A stretch of DNA of 64,000 nucleotides, taken from contig JABLTG010000119.1 in assembly GCA_016618085.1 (NCBI GenBank), positions 1-64,000 on the forward strand. The letters are read 5' to 3'. The notes beneath the pieces were generated by a model. That model had not been told where the DNA came from and did no database searches. It worked only from the letters and a program-made list of their open reading frames with translations. The position numbers were made by a program, and so were the translations under genes. Shown piece by piece: positions 61,988 to 64,000 of this stretch (positions are counted from its first letter, which is position 1; every line of letters starts with the position of its first letter). The stretch is from Neovahlkampfia damariscottae. Lineage: Eukaryota.

Positions 61988-64000
61988 ATGAACAAACTCT
62001 TACTTCTTGTAATTATCCTCATTGTAGGATTAGCATCAGCTAGATATGATCTTGCTTGTCCGAAAGGGAAATTAGTTCAATATACATTTGTTAGTGACGG
62101 TAAGTCCCACTTTTTTTTAAAAAACCACCAGTTACAACATTTGGCGCAAAACCAGGTGAACACTTATCAGTTAAAGGTACAGTTGACATTCAATGCAAAG
62201 TACACAATGGATTGAGAAACTTTTTCGTGGGCACAGAAAAAGTTGTTCTATCACAAAAAGCTGCTGGAACAAGATATGAAAAAGCATTTGCTGGATCTGA
62301 AAAAGAATATTCTGTATTTACTCTCAGTAAAAATGGAAGACTTTTAAGATTTATGAACAGCAATAAACCTGATGCTTCACAAAAGATTTCAATGGTTCTT
62401 TATAATATCAGAAAATCAGTTGCTTCATTTTATCAAATGGATACAAGAAGAGGAAAAAGATTTAGAAGAAGAGTTGAAAAATCAGCTGAAGGTCTTGTGA
62501 ATGCTCGTTATACTTATTCATTTAAAAATGGACTCAGAAGAATTGTAAGAAGAGTAAAATCAAGAGATGTTATCAAAAAGATTGGAGCTCAAAAATTAGA
62601 AAGAAGAAGAGATTCTAAATTTAGATTAACAACTGCAGTCTTATACAGACATGGAAGAATTCAAAGAGTCAATCAAAGGTAAATTGAAAAACAATAACTC
62701 ATATTTTTATAGATTTTTTTCTGTTGTTGGTACAAATAAAAAAGGAAATAAGAAATATGAAAAATTAAAAAAACAATTTCCAACAATGAAACCAAAATCA
62801 GAAAATCATGAAAGAGTTAAAAGTCTTCAAAATGTTGAAAGTGCATCACGTTTCATTTACAAAAAGACAATTAAAGTTAGAAAAGAAAGAAATATTTTAG
62901 ATGAATCTAATAGTCATATTGAAGATCTTTCAATGAGTCAAGCAACACATGATTTTGCATTACAATCACAAAAAGAAAAATTAGAAAGAACAACTAATTT
63001 TCCAGAAGTTTTAAGAAAATTACAATCTAATCCGAAAGATATTCAAATTTTTAACAAAGCTTTGGAATATACAAAATCATTCTCTGAAAAATCACTTGGA
63101 TATTTAATTAAAGAATATAAAACAGCATCAGATGATCAATTAAAATATAAAAAAGTATTACATACATTGTTGGCATCAACACAATCATCTGTTGCTGAAA
63201 AAGTTTTACTTGAAGCAATGAAAAATCCAACAACAGCTCAATCAGCAATGACAAGTATTGTTGGACTTCAAAATCCATCAGATCAATCTGTTCATGCACT
63301 TCAAGCATTATCTGAAGAAAAGAGTTTGGGTGTTCTTTCATCACAAGCATATCTTCTCTTTGCTCATATGGCTTCAAAAACACAAAATAAATTATTAGCT
63401 CAACATATTCTTGGACATATTTCAATGAACATGCATAATGCTAGAGATGCAAATGGTTTAGGAGTTCATATTAAAGCACTTGCAAATGCTGGTAATGCAG
63501 TTCCAGTTTCAGTTCTTGAACGTTTAATTCATTCCAATCATATTACTTTAGATTCAAGAGTTGATGCTACACATGCTCTTCAACATCATACTTCAACTGA
63601 AGAAGCAACTGTATTGGTTCATAAAATTATCCAATCAGACCTTCATGAAGAAATTAAAACTGCTGCCATTCATGCTCAAACTGAAAGAGAAAAAGTTTTA
63701 GAAAATAGAGCTTCAGTTAAAGAATTCAAACATCTTCAATCAAAAACTGAATCTGCAGCAATTTTAAGCGCTATTTCTGATTATTTTGAAGAAGCAGAAG
63801 TTATGGACGATGGAGAAGAAGATAACACGATGGAAGTTGAAACTCAAGCAAATACTTTAGGTTGGATCAGAAAAGTGTTCAGAAGTGCTAAAAGATGGGT
63901 CAAAAAAGCAGCAAGAAGAGTTAAAAGAGCCGTCAAAAAAGTTGGAAGAGCAATTAAAAAAGCTGCTAAAGCTGTTGCTAAATCAATTACTAGTGTCGTA
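61988..64000 (+). CDS. Secreted large-lipid-transfer (vitellogenin/MTP N-terminal-like) protein, truncated by window end
   Basis: Signal peptide MNKLLLLVIILIVGLASA; two short introns. Beta-rich N-region, then helical repeats with IKALANAG...SRVDATHAL resembling the lipovitellin helical domain. Frame open to 64000. Confidence 0.55.

Overview
Left end of a linear chromosome from a very compact, AT-rich microbial eukaryote using the standard genetic code. A heterolobosean/Discoba-like organism is inferred with low confidence from the DUF4116 and TmcB-PAS-cyclase genes. The window opens with a (CCCAAA)n = TTTGGG telomere. About 26 protein-coding genes follow, broken by roughly 70 tiny GT-AG introns (~27-46 nt) that I reconstructed by hand, with intergenic gaps often under 100 bp. 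Recognisable genes: TmcB/PAS adenylyl cyclase, ESRP-like splicing factor, AGC kinase, Rab2, ABHD13, F-box protein, FUN14, lipoyl synthase, two paralogous lysophospholipid acyltransferases, an RNF213-like giant ATPase, CCZ1, an ABCB half transporter, acyl-CoA oxidase, translin, Hsp70, a synapsin-like ATP-grasp protein and a lipid-transfer-like secreted protein. The most striking object is a ~4,400-aa protein with N-terminal armadillo repeats, ~49 tandem copies of an Hsp70 C-terminal lid-like helical module (with a 5-unit super-repeat) and a C-terminal villin headpiece. It is a candidate new giant actin-linked scaffold. Other highlights are 3-, 5- and 6-nt micro-exons, introns without polypyrimidine tracts that often end in AAG, a CCAAT box next to almost every start codon (including a 33-bp bidirectional promoter), AATAAA fused to stop codons, and an RNF213-like protein ending in a SAM domain. 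All family calls are by-eye motif recognition; no searches were run.
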